Below are positions 52,951 through 63,500 of a stretch of 64,000 bases of DNA, piece after piece. The notes under the pieces are model-generated. The model worked only from the letters and a program-made list of their open reading frames with translations. It was not told the origin of the DNA and ran no database searches. Location: contig OZ242383.1 of the NCBI GenBank assembly GCA_965209155.1, positions 3,104,001-3,168,000 of the forward strand, in the 5' to 3' direction. Within the stretch, counting starts at the first letter, position 1. Each line of letters starts with the position of its first letter. This DNA is from a bacterium. Its GTDB lineage: Bacteria; SAR324; NAC60-12. The position numbers and the translations under genes were made by a program.

Positions 52951-53262
52951 CTGGTTCCAATTATCATGATAGTTTGAAGTAATATTTCAATCAATCATTA
53001 CAATAATTGAAGTGGATAGAAAGATCAACCCCCTTATTCACTTGTCGGTTGGAGTGAGCGTCATGGCGCAACCAAAATCCAGTGTTTTTTCCAATGGCGA
53101 TAATGATCGTAAACGCTTTGCCAGGGAGGTAAATCAGAGTGCTAAGCGCTCTTGCTTCCATCAAGAGCATAAAGACCTTTCCGGACTCTATGCCCGGCAA
53201 AATCTGTTTTTAAATCGATGGGTTTTCTGAAAATACCTGAATAGTTACAGAAAAATTCACAA

Positions 53263-54438
53263 TTATTCGTCAGCATACACCTGGGTCTGTCCATCATCAT
53301 CTACATAAATACGTGGGACCCGGTTGTTGAAGCGGGTGAGGATTTCATAAGGAATGGTTCCAGCTTTTTCTGCCATTTCCTCGACACTGAGTCGCTCATG
53401 GCCCTGGGAACCGATCAAAACTACCTCATCACCATTGTACGCGCTCCCTTTTTCTATATTGACCATAAACTGGTCCATACAAACCCTTCCTACAATCGGA
53501 TAACGTTTTCCTCGAATCAATACCTCTCCACGACTTGAAAGGGAACGGCAAAACCCGTCTCCATAACCTATTGGGATTGTTACGACTCGAATATTATGAT
53601 CCGTTCGCCAAGTAGATCCATAACTGATAGGGTTATTCGCCAGAACTACCTTAAAATAGACCACTGTGGAACTCAAGGAAAGGACAGGTTCTATGGCAAG
53701 AACTCGTCGACAGGTAGGATCGGGATATATACCATAAAGAATGATGCCGGGCCGCACCATATCTAAATGGGTTTGGGGGAAATGCAAGATTCCCCCGGAA
53801 TTGGCCAGATGCCTAATGGGGACAGGAACTTGCAATTTTTCAAACTTATAAAGAGCTTCCTCAAACCGGTTCAATTGCTCATGCGTCATCGGTGAGTCGG
53901 GATCATCCGCACATGCTAAATGGGAATAGATGCCTTTTAGCCGACAATGTTTGGAGCGTACGGCAGCTTCAATAAAAGGTTCCGCCGAATAACTGTGAAC
54001 TCCGATTCTCTCCATACCCGTATCGATTTTCAGGTGGATGACTGCTTTTTTTCGTTTGTATGCAGCTACTGCGTCCACTTGTCTCAGTTTATCCAAAGAA
54101 GATACGGTCAATTCCAAATCAAAGTCCAAAAAAAACTCGATTTGCGTATTCAAAATACCTCCCAAAACCAGAATGGGACACCGGATTCCCCCTTTTCGCA
54201 GGGCAATTCCCTCCTCTAAGAAAGCAACGCCGATGTGCTCTACTCCCAAATTGACAAGGTGACTTGTGACGGGAAGCAAACCATGCCCATAGGCGTTTGC
54301 TTTGACAATTGCCATGATTTTGCTACCTTTGATGTGCTCACGGATTGTCTGCAAATTGTGAGTGAGTCGATGAAGATGAATGGTGGCTATGGTAGGACGC
54401 ATCGCCACTCCGTCACGATCAAAAGGCAGTTCAATCAT
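53263..54438 (-). CDS. alr: Alanine racemase
   Basis: AIVKANAYGHG, KIDTGMERIG, GRVCMDQ, TIPYE. Confidence 0.96.
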   Translation of the reverse strand: MIELPFDRDGVAMRPTIATIHLHRLTHNLQTIREHIKGSKIMAIVKANAYGHGLLPVTSHLVNLGVEHIGVAFLEEGIALRKGGIRCPILVLGGILNTQIEFFLDFDLELTVSSLDKLRQVDAVAAYKRKKAVIHLKIDTGMERIGVHSYSAEPFIEAAVRSKHCRLKGIYSHLACADDPDSPMTHEQLNRFEEALYKFEKLQVPVPIRHLANSGGILHFPQTHLDMVRPGIILYGIYPDPTCRRVLAIEPVLSLSSTVVYFKVVLANNPISYGSTWRTDHNIRVVTIPIGYGDGFCRSLSSRGEVLIRGKRYPIVGRVCMDQFMVNIEKGSAYNGDEVVLIGSQGHERLSVEEMAEKAGTIPYEILTRFNNRVPRIYVDDDGQTQVYADE

Positions 54439-54562
54439 GACCCAATGTCTTTCGACTAACTGAACCGGATTTCATAAATGCCCCAAGTAAAAAATTCAGT
54501 GTTTTCACTGGTCATCCGTAGTATTTTAAACACACATTCTCCGTTTGTTGTCCTAAAAGCAA

Positions 54563-56800
54563 TTGATATCTCTGATGGTACTTTCAGAAACTTCCGGCAA
54601 GCGCATTAAAATCACAGCAGGTCGTTTTACGCAAGCTTTACTGATAGGGATGGCCTTTTTTCTCCTTCCAGAACTGTCAATGTTGCATGCGCAAGAAGAG
54701 CAAATTTCTGATCTGAAACCTCTCTGGAACCGGATTATAAGCCTCTACAAACAACGCGCATTCAAACATGTAATCCTTGAATTAACTCCTGTTGTGACGG
54801 CTTCACTTGGCGATGCGGATTATTTGAAACGAGCCTGGTTTCTGTTGGGGCAATGCTATATAGAAATTGAAGAATATGAACTTGCCCTGAAAAGTTTTCA
54901 AGAAGGAGAAAAGCTGGACGACAAGTATGCGGATTTATGGACTTACCATAAGATGCGTACATATTTGCGTGCCAGGCAACAAGCAAAAGCAATTCCATTG
55001 ATCAAAGAATTGCTTCGTCCTCCTGTCAGTCCTTTCTATTTGAAAAAAATCAAAGCCAACATTAAAAATTATTTTCATAGTCGTGAAACCGCACCTTTGA
55101 TATATCCAATCCTGTCTACCGCTTCCAAGCAACAATCTCCCTTACTGCAAGATCATCATATCATTGATATTTTTGCTAACAGTGCTTCCATTCGTAAAGA
55201 ACCATTCCCACCCCGACATTTTATCACTCAATGGCTCAACCCGGAAAACGTTGAAACGGCCGAGCAATCCGAGGCTATGATTAAAAGGCTCAAATTGAAG
55301 AGACAGGCGCATCTTCGTGCAAAGGACTATTTGAGGCGCATCAAAAAACTGAAGGAACTGAAACTCTTTGAATACTTGATAAGAATCGTTCCTCAGCAGA
55401 TTTCAGACATTCACGATCTCGAAGTCCGTACCCAAGTAGCAAATATTTATTTATATGCTCTTTTTCAAGCAAAACAGTACCATACCATCCTCGACCTGCG
55501 AAAAAAGAAGCAATTGACGAATGTGTATAATGCCTATCCGACCTCGCAGCTTTTTTGGAGTATGCGCTCTTATCAGCGCTTGAAAGATTTGAAATCTGCC
55601 AAACTGATGATTACCCTCTTGGAAGACACAAATCCTGGTTCGACATGGCTGCCTGTCGCCTATCAAAAAATGGCGGAAACTTACGAAGTGCATGATGATG
55701 AAAAAAGTGCGGATCTGTGGTGGGAAAAACTGGCCAAAAGGTTTCCAAGAACAGAAGAAGCAGCAATCGCTTTCTGGAAACTGACTTGGTATCGTTACCG
55801 GCATCAACGATATCAGGATGCTCTGTACTTTGTTCAACGAGCTTTTGAATACCAAAAATTGTCCCCCGAAGTTTTTGCTAAATTCCTTTACTGGCAGGGA
55901 AAATTGGAATACTACGCAGGGCAAACAGCTCATGCGGATGAAACATTTAAAATACTACAACAACAGTGGCCAAATACGTATTACAATCTTCATTTTTTGA
56001 GCCAACCAGGAGAGTGGACCACCCAAATCAATACCTTCGGCATTACTGCGTCTCAAAAAAAATTCTGGCATCAAAATACCAATCCACCTTCAGGAAAAAC
56101 AAACGCGCTTGTCAAACGTTATGAATTCCTGTTCGCAGTGGGTCAAAATGAACAAGCCGTATTCGAACTCCTCCGGGACGTGCCTCGATATAACAAGCGA
56201 CCCATAATCTGGAAAGGAAGCGAATTGCTTTATAAAAACGAAGAATTTTATCCGCTTCAAAGTTTCATCAGCAACTATTTCCTACATGATTTAAAAAAGC
56301 TTTCAACCGAAGAAAAAACACTCTGGCAATATGCCTATCCGAGACCTTATTGGTCCTATATTCAAGAGAGGAGTCGCAGAGCGAAGATCGATCCATACTG
56401 GGTACTGGCGACGATCCGGGAAGAAAGTCGATACGACCCCCATGCGCTTTCCGTTGCAGATGCCCACGGGCTTATGCAGTTGATCCTACCAACGGCTTAT
56501 AAAATGGCCATGCAGTTAAATATTCGCTTGACCAACATCAATAATTTATATGAACCCCATGTCAATATCCAACTGGGTACGCATTATTTGGGAAATTTAG
56601 CTCATGAGTTTAAACATCAATTGGTCTATGTTTCAGGAGGATACAATGCAGGGGAGCATCGTGTAAGAGATTGGTTGAAAAAATATGCTGATCTTCCCAT
56701 GGATGAATATGTGGAATCGATTCCTTTTCGGGAAACAAGAAACTATGTCAAACGGGTATTCATGTCCTACCACCTTTATAAGAAAATCTATCAGAATTAA
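54563..56800 (+). CDS. Soluble lytic murein transglycosylase (Slt-like, TPR + SLT domain)
   Basis: IREESRY, GLMQL, GYNAG, ETRNYVK. Confidence 0.92.
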   Translation: MISLMVLSETSGKRIKITAGRFTQALLIGMAFFLLPELSMLHAQEEQISDLKPLWNRIISLYKQRAFKHVILELTPVVTASLGDADYLKRAWFLLGQCYIEIEEYELALKSFQEGEKLDDKYADLWTYHKMRTYLRARQQAKAIPLIKELLRPPVSPFYLKKIKANIKNYFHSRETAPLIYPILSTASKQQSPLLQDHHIIDIFANSASIRKEPFPPRHFITQWLNPENVETAEQSEAMIKRLKLKRQAHLRAKDYLRRIKKLKELKLFEYLIRIVPQQISDIHDLEVRTQVANIYLYALFQAKQYHTILDLRKKKQLTNVYNAYPTSQLFWSMRSYQRLKDLKSAKLMITLLEDTNPGSTWLPVAYQKMAETYEVHDDEKSADLWWEKLAKRFPRTEEAAIAFWKLTWYRYRHQRYQDALYFVQRAFEYQKLSPEVFAKFLYWQGKLEYYAGQTAHADETFKILQQQWPNTYYNLHFLSQPGEWTTQINTFGITASQKKFWHQNTNPPSGKTNALVKRYEFLFAVGQNEQAVFELLRDVPRYNKRPIIWKGSELLYKNEEFYPLQSFISNYFLHDLKKLSTEEKTLWQYAYPRPYWSYIQERSRRAKIDPYWVLATIREESRYDPHALSVADAHGLMQLILPTAYKMAMQLNIRLTNINNLYEPHVNIQLGTHYLGNLAHEFKHQLVYVSGGYNAGEHRVRDWLKKYADLPMDEYVESIPFRETRNYVKRVFMSYHLYKKIYQN

Positions 56801-56895
56801 AATCAGTTTCACTCATTTCATTAGCCGGATTGAATGAGTTTCTTTATTCCCTTTTGGTCTGAATTTTTAACATGGACTTTGAGGCTCAGGTCGGC

Positions 56896-57072
56896 AGGGC
56901 TCCTCTTCTAATCCCAGTGAGTTGACATGGGGTCACGACCGCGCTGCGGCAATTGTGGAGTCACTTTTGCTCAAGGCGGCCGACCGTGAATAGCTTAAGG
57001 GAAAGATGGAAGCGGTCGAGGATATTCCCAAACAAGCCATCTTGCAGGAATTGCCGTGCAACCAGGAGTCCT
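56896..57072 (+). ncRNA. Candidate structured RNA, family unassigned
   Basis: Nested helices with G-U pairs in a GC-richer intergenic gap. Confidence 0.3.
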
Positions 57073-57100
57073 ATAGGAATTATTCGGAATGGCCAAACTC

Positions 57101-58456
57101 TCAATCAGACTGCGAAGTGAGATGAAAATGTAAAGGTGGGAACCCTCGCTGATCCTGGCAATTCGATTTAATACGGTAATGAGGGTAAATGGCGAGAATT
57201 TGGTTTTGATGGCAAATCAAAGGGATACGATTTCTCTCATGAAGAGGAAAATTTTGATTTCGTAAAAAGTCTTTTAATTTCACTGGACCATGCTTCCAAT
57301 GAGGATGAAAACGGTCACCCGCTTTTCGATATCGCACAATCAAATGACTTCGAGGAGCAATATTGAAAAGTACCAATCCTTCTGAGGGTAACTCCCGGCC
57401 TGATTTTAAAACCCGACATTTGATTTGCTGATCCTGGGCTAAATAACTACTAATTTCGATAGTATCACACCACCAATTGGAAAAATTTGTGGCTTGCGCA
57501 GAACTTACCGAAATGATATCTCCTTCGCATCTACAGATTTTCTTTCCGGGTAAGTGAAACTCCCATTGATTTTTACCAGATAAGATCAGGTTTAAAATTT
57601 TCCGGATATGAAGATAGCTTAAATTGCTGACACCTTGATCACTCAAATAGTGATACAAACAGGCACCCCGAACCATGGTTGATTCTTTGAGCAAGTTCTT
57701 GATAAATAGGATATCTTGTTCTTTCCAATGGATATTGCCCTTACTTTGTTGGATCCAGTGTTTGAGCTGTGCGCTTTGTTCTGAAAGATCATTGATCCGG
57801 GAATTGAGTTCCCCCCCTACCAATTCATTTATCAAAGGAATTAGTTCCAATCGAATGCGATTCCTCAGGTACCGGGTAGTTTGATTAGATTGATCTTCCA
57901 TCCAGGTTTGCGAAATACTCCGCAAATATTGCTGGAGTTCCAATTTAGTGCAATTGAGCAGAGGACGAACATAGAAACCATTTTTCCAATCCATGCCCCG
58001 TAAATTAGAGAGATGACAACCTCTCAGCAATTTGAATAAAAATGTTTCTGCCTGATCATCGGCATGATGCGCAGTCGCAATATGAGTCGCACTGATCTCA
58101 GCACGAATTTTTTCGGAAAACCGCATGCGCCATTGTCTGGATTTCTCCTGTACACCTGTAAATTCTTGGGCGAGTGACTGAGACACAAGAGTGTGCATGG
58201 GAAGTCCATATTGCTTTGCTAAGGCTTCGACAAAATGACGTTCTGTCGGAGACTCTGGTCGAAGCCCATGGTCGAAATGGAGAACATGCACTGCAAGTCT
58301 CCACTGCTTCTGTAACTCAAACAAGACATTTAATAGTGCTACAGAATCGCTACCCCCGCTAACGCAAACCAAAAGGGTACTTTTTTCTTCAAATAGCTGA
58401 TGGGCTTTAATATTGTCTGAAATTTTTTTTGTAAAAGAAGAGATGGACATAGTCAT
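57101..58456 (-). CDS. tilS: tRNA(Ile)-lysidine synthetase
   Basis: SGGSDS, HFDHGLR, TAHHADDQAET, RPLL, D.SN, RNRIR. Confidence 0.95.
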   Translation of the reverse strand: MTMSISSFTKKISDNIKAHQLFEEKSTLLVCVSGGSDSVALLNVLFELQKQWRLAVHVLHFDHGLRPESPTERHFVEALAKQYGLPMHTLVSQSLAQEFTGVQEKSRQWRMRFSEKIRAEISATHIATAHHADDQAETFLFKLLRGCHLSNLRGMDWKNGFYVRPLLNCTKLELQQYLRSISQTWMEDQSNQTTRYLRNRIRLELIPLINELVGGELNSRINDLSEQSAQLKHWIQQSKGNIHWKEQDILFIKNLLKESTMVRGACLYHYLSDQGVSNLSYLHIRKILNLILSGKNQWEFHLPGKKICRCEGDIISVSSAQATNFSNWWCDTIEISSYLAQDQQIKCRVLKSGRELPSEGLVLFNIAPRSHLIVRYRKAGDRFHPHWKHGPVKLKDFLRNQNFPLHERNRIPLICHQNQILAIYPHYRIKSNCQDQRGFPPLHFHLTSQSD

Positions 58457-58524
58457 TCATTGAATTAAGGCAAAAAGAGCTTGCCTTTTTAAGCATCTCT
58501 TTTTTCCTCAGAATAAGGACGTGC

Positions 58525-59178
58525 TTGTCAAATATTGGAATTTTATGCTCCTTGTGGGCAGAAGCAAAACCCTTTCTTTCCTGGCATCCTCCGCCTCGGG
58601 TCTACCGTTTCAAGCATCTTACCTGGTTTGAGATGAGATGGCAGAAACATCATCTGAGGGTCGTGGTCAGTAAAGTGGGGAAAAAAAATGCAATCAGGGC
58701 CGCGAAGTTACTCATTAAAGAACATTTTCCGGAGTTGGTCGTCAATTTTGGAAGTGCGGGTGCCATTGCGTCCGGTATGAAAATTGGAGATATTGTTGTC
58801 GCTTGCGCCACGGCAGAATATCTACAACCTCCCCCATTATGCAGTCTATTGGTTGCAGATTCCAGAGTTCTTTCCATTGCCCGTGACTTTCCTCAAATCC
58901 GACTAGGACCCATAGTTTCAGGAGATCAGAATATTGACAGTGAAATTCTGAAAAAAAAATTATATTTACGCTACAAAGCTCTCTGTGGAGATTGGGAAAG
59001 CGCGGTGGTTATGAGAACTTGCAGGGAACATCAAACAGGTGCTCTTGCCTTTCGCGTTATTACAGATTTAGGAAACAAAAACACAACGGCAGATTTTGAG
59101 CGATTTCATGCTGATGTGTTGCAGAAAGCCGCTTTATTGCTGAAACAATACTTAAACTGTTGGAGTCCCATGGACTGA
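58525..59178 (+). CDS. MTA/SAH nucleosidase-like (PNP/UDP phosphorylase family) protein
   Basis: VGKKNA, NFGSAG, GDIVV, SGD, DWESA, RVITD. Confidence 0.8.
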   Translation: MSNIGILCSLWAEAKPFLSWHPPPRVYRFKHLTWFEMRWQKHHLRVVVSKVGKKNAIRAAKLLIKEHFPELVVNFGSAGAIASGMKIGDIVVACATAEYLQPPPLCSLLVADSRVLSIARDFPQIRLGPIVSGDQNIDSEILKKKLYLRYKALCGDWESAVVMRTCREHQTGALAFRVITDLGNKNTTADFERFHADVLQKAALLLKQYLNCWSPMD

Positions 59179-60321
59179 AAGGGCATCTTGGATTTCTTGA
59201 ATGACTCCTGTGTGGTGTTCATTTCTAGACGCCTCTTCCAAAATAGTTTTTGCATCAGCATGTTCGATTTGTCCCAATGCCCAAGCAGAATGAGAACGAA
59301 TGAGGGGTTCTGCATCTTGTAAACCGTGTTTCAGCGCTGGAATTGCCAATGGACTCCCCCAGTTTCCCAAAGCAATGGCGACATTACGCAAAAATCCTCT
59401 CCGTTTTGCTCTTTTAACTGCGCTGTTTTTAAATCGTATGTTGAATTCATCCTGGGTTAAATACATCAATGGAATCAGCTCCGGCATAATGTTTTCGGCT
59501 CTGGGTCGGAATCCGGGTTCCCGGGAAATGGAAGCTTTATTATTCCAAGGGCAGACTTCCTGACAGATATCGCACCCAAAAACTAAATTTCCCATTGAAG
59601 ATCGGAATTGTTGCGGTATAGGTCCTTTTAATTCAATAGTGAGATACGAAATACATCGACGTGCGTCGATTTGCCCCTCAGGAACAATAGCATCGGTTGG
59701 GCACGCTTCCAGGCACTTGGTGCAATTTCCACAATCTCCCCGGGGAACAACTGCATCATAAATCAACTTTGTGTCCAGTAAAATTTCTGCTAAAAAAAAC
59801 CAAGATCCCTCTTTCCAGTTGATCAACATTGAGTTTTTACCAAGCCACCCTAGTCCTGCTCGATACGCATATTCGCGCTCCAGGATAGGACCGGTGTCTA
59901 CGTAGACACGACTGTTTTTTTGACGAGGAATTATTTCTTTGATGAATTGGCGCAGTGCTTCCAACTTTTCGCGAACTAGCAGATGATAATCTGTCCCCCA
60001 GGCATAAGAACTGATTTTTCCCTTTGAAGACGAATTTTTTTCCGATTCAGGAATAGAGACCGTATAATAATTGATGCCCAATGAAATTAAAGAGAGGGTT
60101 TCAGGCATTACATTGCGCAGATCTTGTTTTTTTTCGAAATGCCGATTCAGATATCCCATTTCTCCTGAATATCCTTTAGCAAGCCATTGTCCGTAAATGT
60201 TGATGCTTTGGCTTGGTAAGACTGGCAGCACATGGACTAAATCAAAGCCGAGATTTCGGGCTTTATTTTTTATTTTTTCAGTTAATTCTGTGTTGCCAGA
60301 TAAAGTTTCTACAGCACGCAT
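59152..60321 (-). CDS. queG: Epoxyqueuosine reductase
   Basis: YAWGTDYH, VDTGPILER, CGNCTKC..CPT, GCDICQEVCPWN, HEAT tail. Confidence 0.96.
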   Translation of the reverse strand: MRAVETLSGNTELTEKIKNKARNLGFDLVHVLPVLPSQSINIYGQWLAKGYSGEMGYLNRHFEKKQDLRNVMPETLSLISLGINYYTVSIPESEKNSSSKGKISSYAWGTDYHLLVREKLEALRQFIKEIIPRQKNSRVYVDTGPILEREYAYRAGLGWLGKNSMLINWKEGSWFFLAEILLDTKLIYDAVVPRGDCGNCTKCLEACPTDAIVPEGQIDARRCISYLTIELKGPIPQQFRSSMGNLVFGCDICQEVCPWNNKASISREPGFRPRAENIMPELIPLMYLTQDEFNIRFKNSAVKRAKRRGFLRNVAIALGNWGSPLAIPALKHGLQDAEPLIRSHSAWALGQIEHADAKTILEEASRNEHHTGVIQEIQDALSVHGTPTV

Positions 60322-60506
60322 GGCGGAAATAAGAGGTTAAGGGCAATCATCCACTGACTATGGAACTTGTCGTAACTTAACCCGAATTCAAGATAAGAAT
60401 TTAATAGATTCAATATGTTATGGAATTTTCATATTTTGGAGAATCCATGTCGATCCCGAGGAAGCAGGAATCCGGAGGTAAGATTATTTTGCTTTTCTGT
60501 TTGAAT

Positions 60507-63500
60507 TCACTGACTCCTTTGGAGGCTTTTCAAATAATCCGAAATTGTATTGGATCGTTCAAGAGCAAATTGTTCGTAATTCTTATATTTGGTGTTCTTG
60601 GATTTAACAACCCGATCATAGTGCAGCTTAGCTCTTCGCCATTTTTCTTGTTGTTCGTACAATATACCCAATTTCAAATTGACGGTAATATACCATTCGA
60701 GATTACTTGAGATCGGACGTGACGCCAATTTGGCAAGAATCTTGATGCTTTGGGTAGGATTGGATTCCAGTTCTGCCAGTTGCCAGGCAGCACTCAATTC
60801 TTCTTCCAAGGTTCCGCCTCTATCTGCTTCGCTAAACCATTTTTGTGCCTGCTCTTTGTCATCTAATGGACTTAAATAATAGCTTCCCAATTTGTAGGCA
60901 AATTGAATCTGGTCTTGTATATCTCTTAAATGCGGATAAATTTGCTCGTAGACGTCCACCACTTTGCTAAAATTGTTTTGTTGTTCATAAATGAAAGCCA
61001 GGTTTTTTGTCAAAAAGATGCGAGTTGCCTGATCTTCATTTGGGAGAATTTTCAGGGCGTTTTTGTAAAATTTTTCAGCAAGTTCATTGTCCGATATTTG
61101 TAGGGCTGCCTCCCCTTGAGAAAGCAAAGCTTCCAAGGATTCTGCTTTAGACGCATCGAGCTTTCCCCATAACTGATAAGCATCCAGAATACCTTGCCAA
61201 TTTTTTTGATGGCGCTCGGCATAAACCAGGATTTCAAATAATTCATGGTTCGGAGTAAGACTCTGGTTATCGAATCCGTTACGAATACGAATTGCCAGTT
61301 TTTGCCAGGATTTATTTTTTATCAATTGATCCAGTTCTTGGATGGAATTGTTTTTTTCAATCTCCTGAATCCGATTTTGAGCGTATTCTTGAAGCTCGCG
61401 ATCTTCCTTTTTTGTGATGGATTTCAGACTTGCCATCACACGATACTTTTCTAAGGCTTTTGGTATTTGCTGTCGTTTTTCATATAAAATCGCCAGACGG
61501 TAGTTAACATTTAATCTCCACTCTGGATTAAGTGAGCGTTGGGTAAGATTGTTTAGAAGTTGAATAGACTTATCCACTTCTTCCAGTTCTTCAGCAATGT
61601 CACTGAGCAACAGAATCGCACTTACCTCTACATCACTTTCTTGACCCTGATCTACTTTTTGGAGCCATTGGCGGGCTTTATCGTATTCTTTAAGGGGATC
61701 ATAATAAATTTGTCCAAGGGTGAGAGCATAATTTTGAAGTGTTTTTGTTTCGCTGAGATAGGGGATCAAATCTCGTTCATAGATTTGTACCACACTACGA
61801 TAGTCTTCGTCCTCTATGTACGAATCTGCTAAATGAAAAACGATCCCTTCCCTGAGATCCAAGTCAATTTCAGGAAGAGATAAAACTCTTTTATAAAGAT
61901 CTCTGCTTTTTTCATAACGATTTAATTTTTCTTCCGTCTCTGCCCAATCGATTAAAAATTCCGATTTTTGAACATCTTCTGGAGAAACAGAATCCCAGCG
62001 CATATATGTTGCAACAAGCTTTTTCCAATCCCTGAGTTGGTGATAAGCATTCAGCAAAGTTTGAAAATGGATAGGGAGCAAAGGAAAATCGTTTCTTTTT
62101 AAAAATTCTTCTATATGCACCGCTAAACTATTCCATTCTTTTGATTCCTGGTAAATTTCAATCAATTTTTCGAATGCAAATTGCTCATAGTCTGGGTCGT
62201 TTTTAATGACATTCAATTCAACTGCGGCTTGCTTCCATTGTTTTGTTTGGTAAAAACAAACACTTCGAGCATAGAGAACGTAGTGTCGGTCTTCTTGATT
62301 CAGTGAAGCGGAGAGTTCTTTATTTTCCTTGAGAATTTTCTCGCATTGATTATTTTTCAATGCAAGATTGATATCTTTCATTCGAAAAAAGTTTCGGTGC
62401 TGATCACTTAATGCTGAGTTATTTTTCGCCTCTGCGAGCAGATTTTGCAATTCTAAATACCGATTTTCTAATTCGAGAAGTTTAGATAACTGTAGGATCA
62501 ATTCCCCATCATTTTGATATTCTTTGCTTTTTCTAGCAAGGTCGAGTTCTCTAATTGCCTGGATATAATCCTCTTGATCAATAAAGAGATGCGCTAGCTC
62601 GTAGCGGACTCTGGCATCATGGGTACCATCGTCGGTATTTAAGTAATTCTTATAATTTGAAATGGTTTTTTGAGGTTCATTTATTTCTTGATAAATCTTA
62701 GCTAATCGGTGAAAAACCCGGGTTTGATATTGTTTGTCGTCCGTCTTCAGATAATTCTCGTAGAGTGCAACAATGGCTTTCAAACTGGACCGTGTGCGTT
62801 GAGACTCTGGTTGATGAAGCAAAATTTGATACATTCCTTCTGCTTTGAGAAAAAGGATGGTGTAACGTAAGGGGAACTCTGGAAATTGGTTTAATTTGTC
62901 AAAAAAAGTGATGGCTTCTTTGTAATTTCGTTGTTCCCATTCATCCTGGCCGAGTTGATAATAAAGCGAAGCAATTCTTGACCTGGCATCGTTTTGGAAC
63001 TGGTTGTCACCTGTTTCAAGATAGTTCCAATAGAGCTGGACGATGCTTTCGATACGAACCCGTTCGTGTTGGGACTTGGGCTGGCTCAGTAAAATTTGAT
63101 ATTGCCCTTCTGCTTTGAGAAAAAGGATGGTGTGACGTAAGGGAAACTCTGGAAATTGATTTAATTTGTCAAAAAAAGTGATGGCTTCTTTGTAGTTTCG
63201 TTGTTCCCATTCATTCTGGCCGAGTTGATAATATAACGAAGCAATTCTTGCCCTGGCATCGATTTGGAACTGGTTGTCACCTGTTTCGAGATAGTTCCAA
63301 TAGAGCTGGACGATGCTTTCGATACGAGCCCGTGCGTGTTGGGACTTGGGCTGGCTCAGTAAAATTTGATACTCCCCTTCAGCTTTAAGAAAAAGGGTGG
63401 GAGAACGTAGGGGAAATTGAGGAAATTGCTCCAGTTCGTCAAAAAAAGCAATAGCTTCTTTGTAATTGTCCTTTTCCCATTCAATCTGACCCAACTGGTA

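Noticed and set aside
52991..53230. Short ORFs between the AAA ATPase and alr
   Set aside because: No recognisable motif or convincing RBS
60442..60476. Degenerate REP-like GTC..CCCG..GGAATCC sequence
   Set aside because: Too short and decayed to support as a feature
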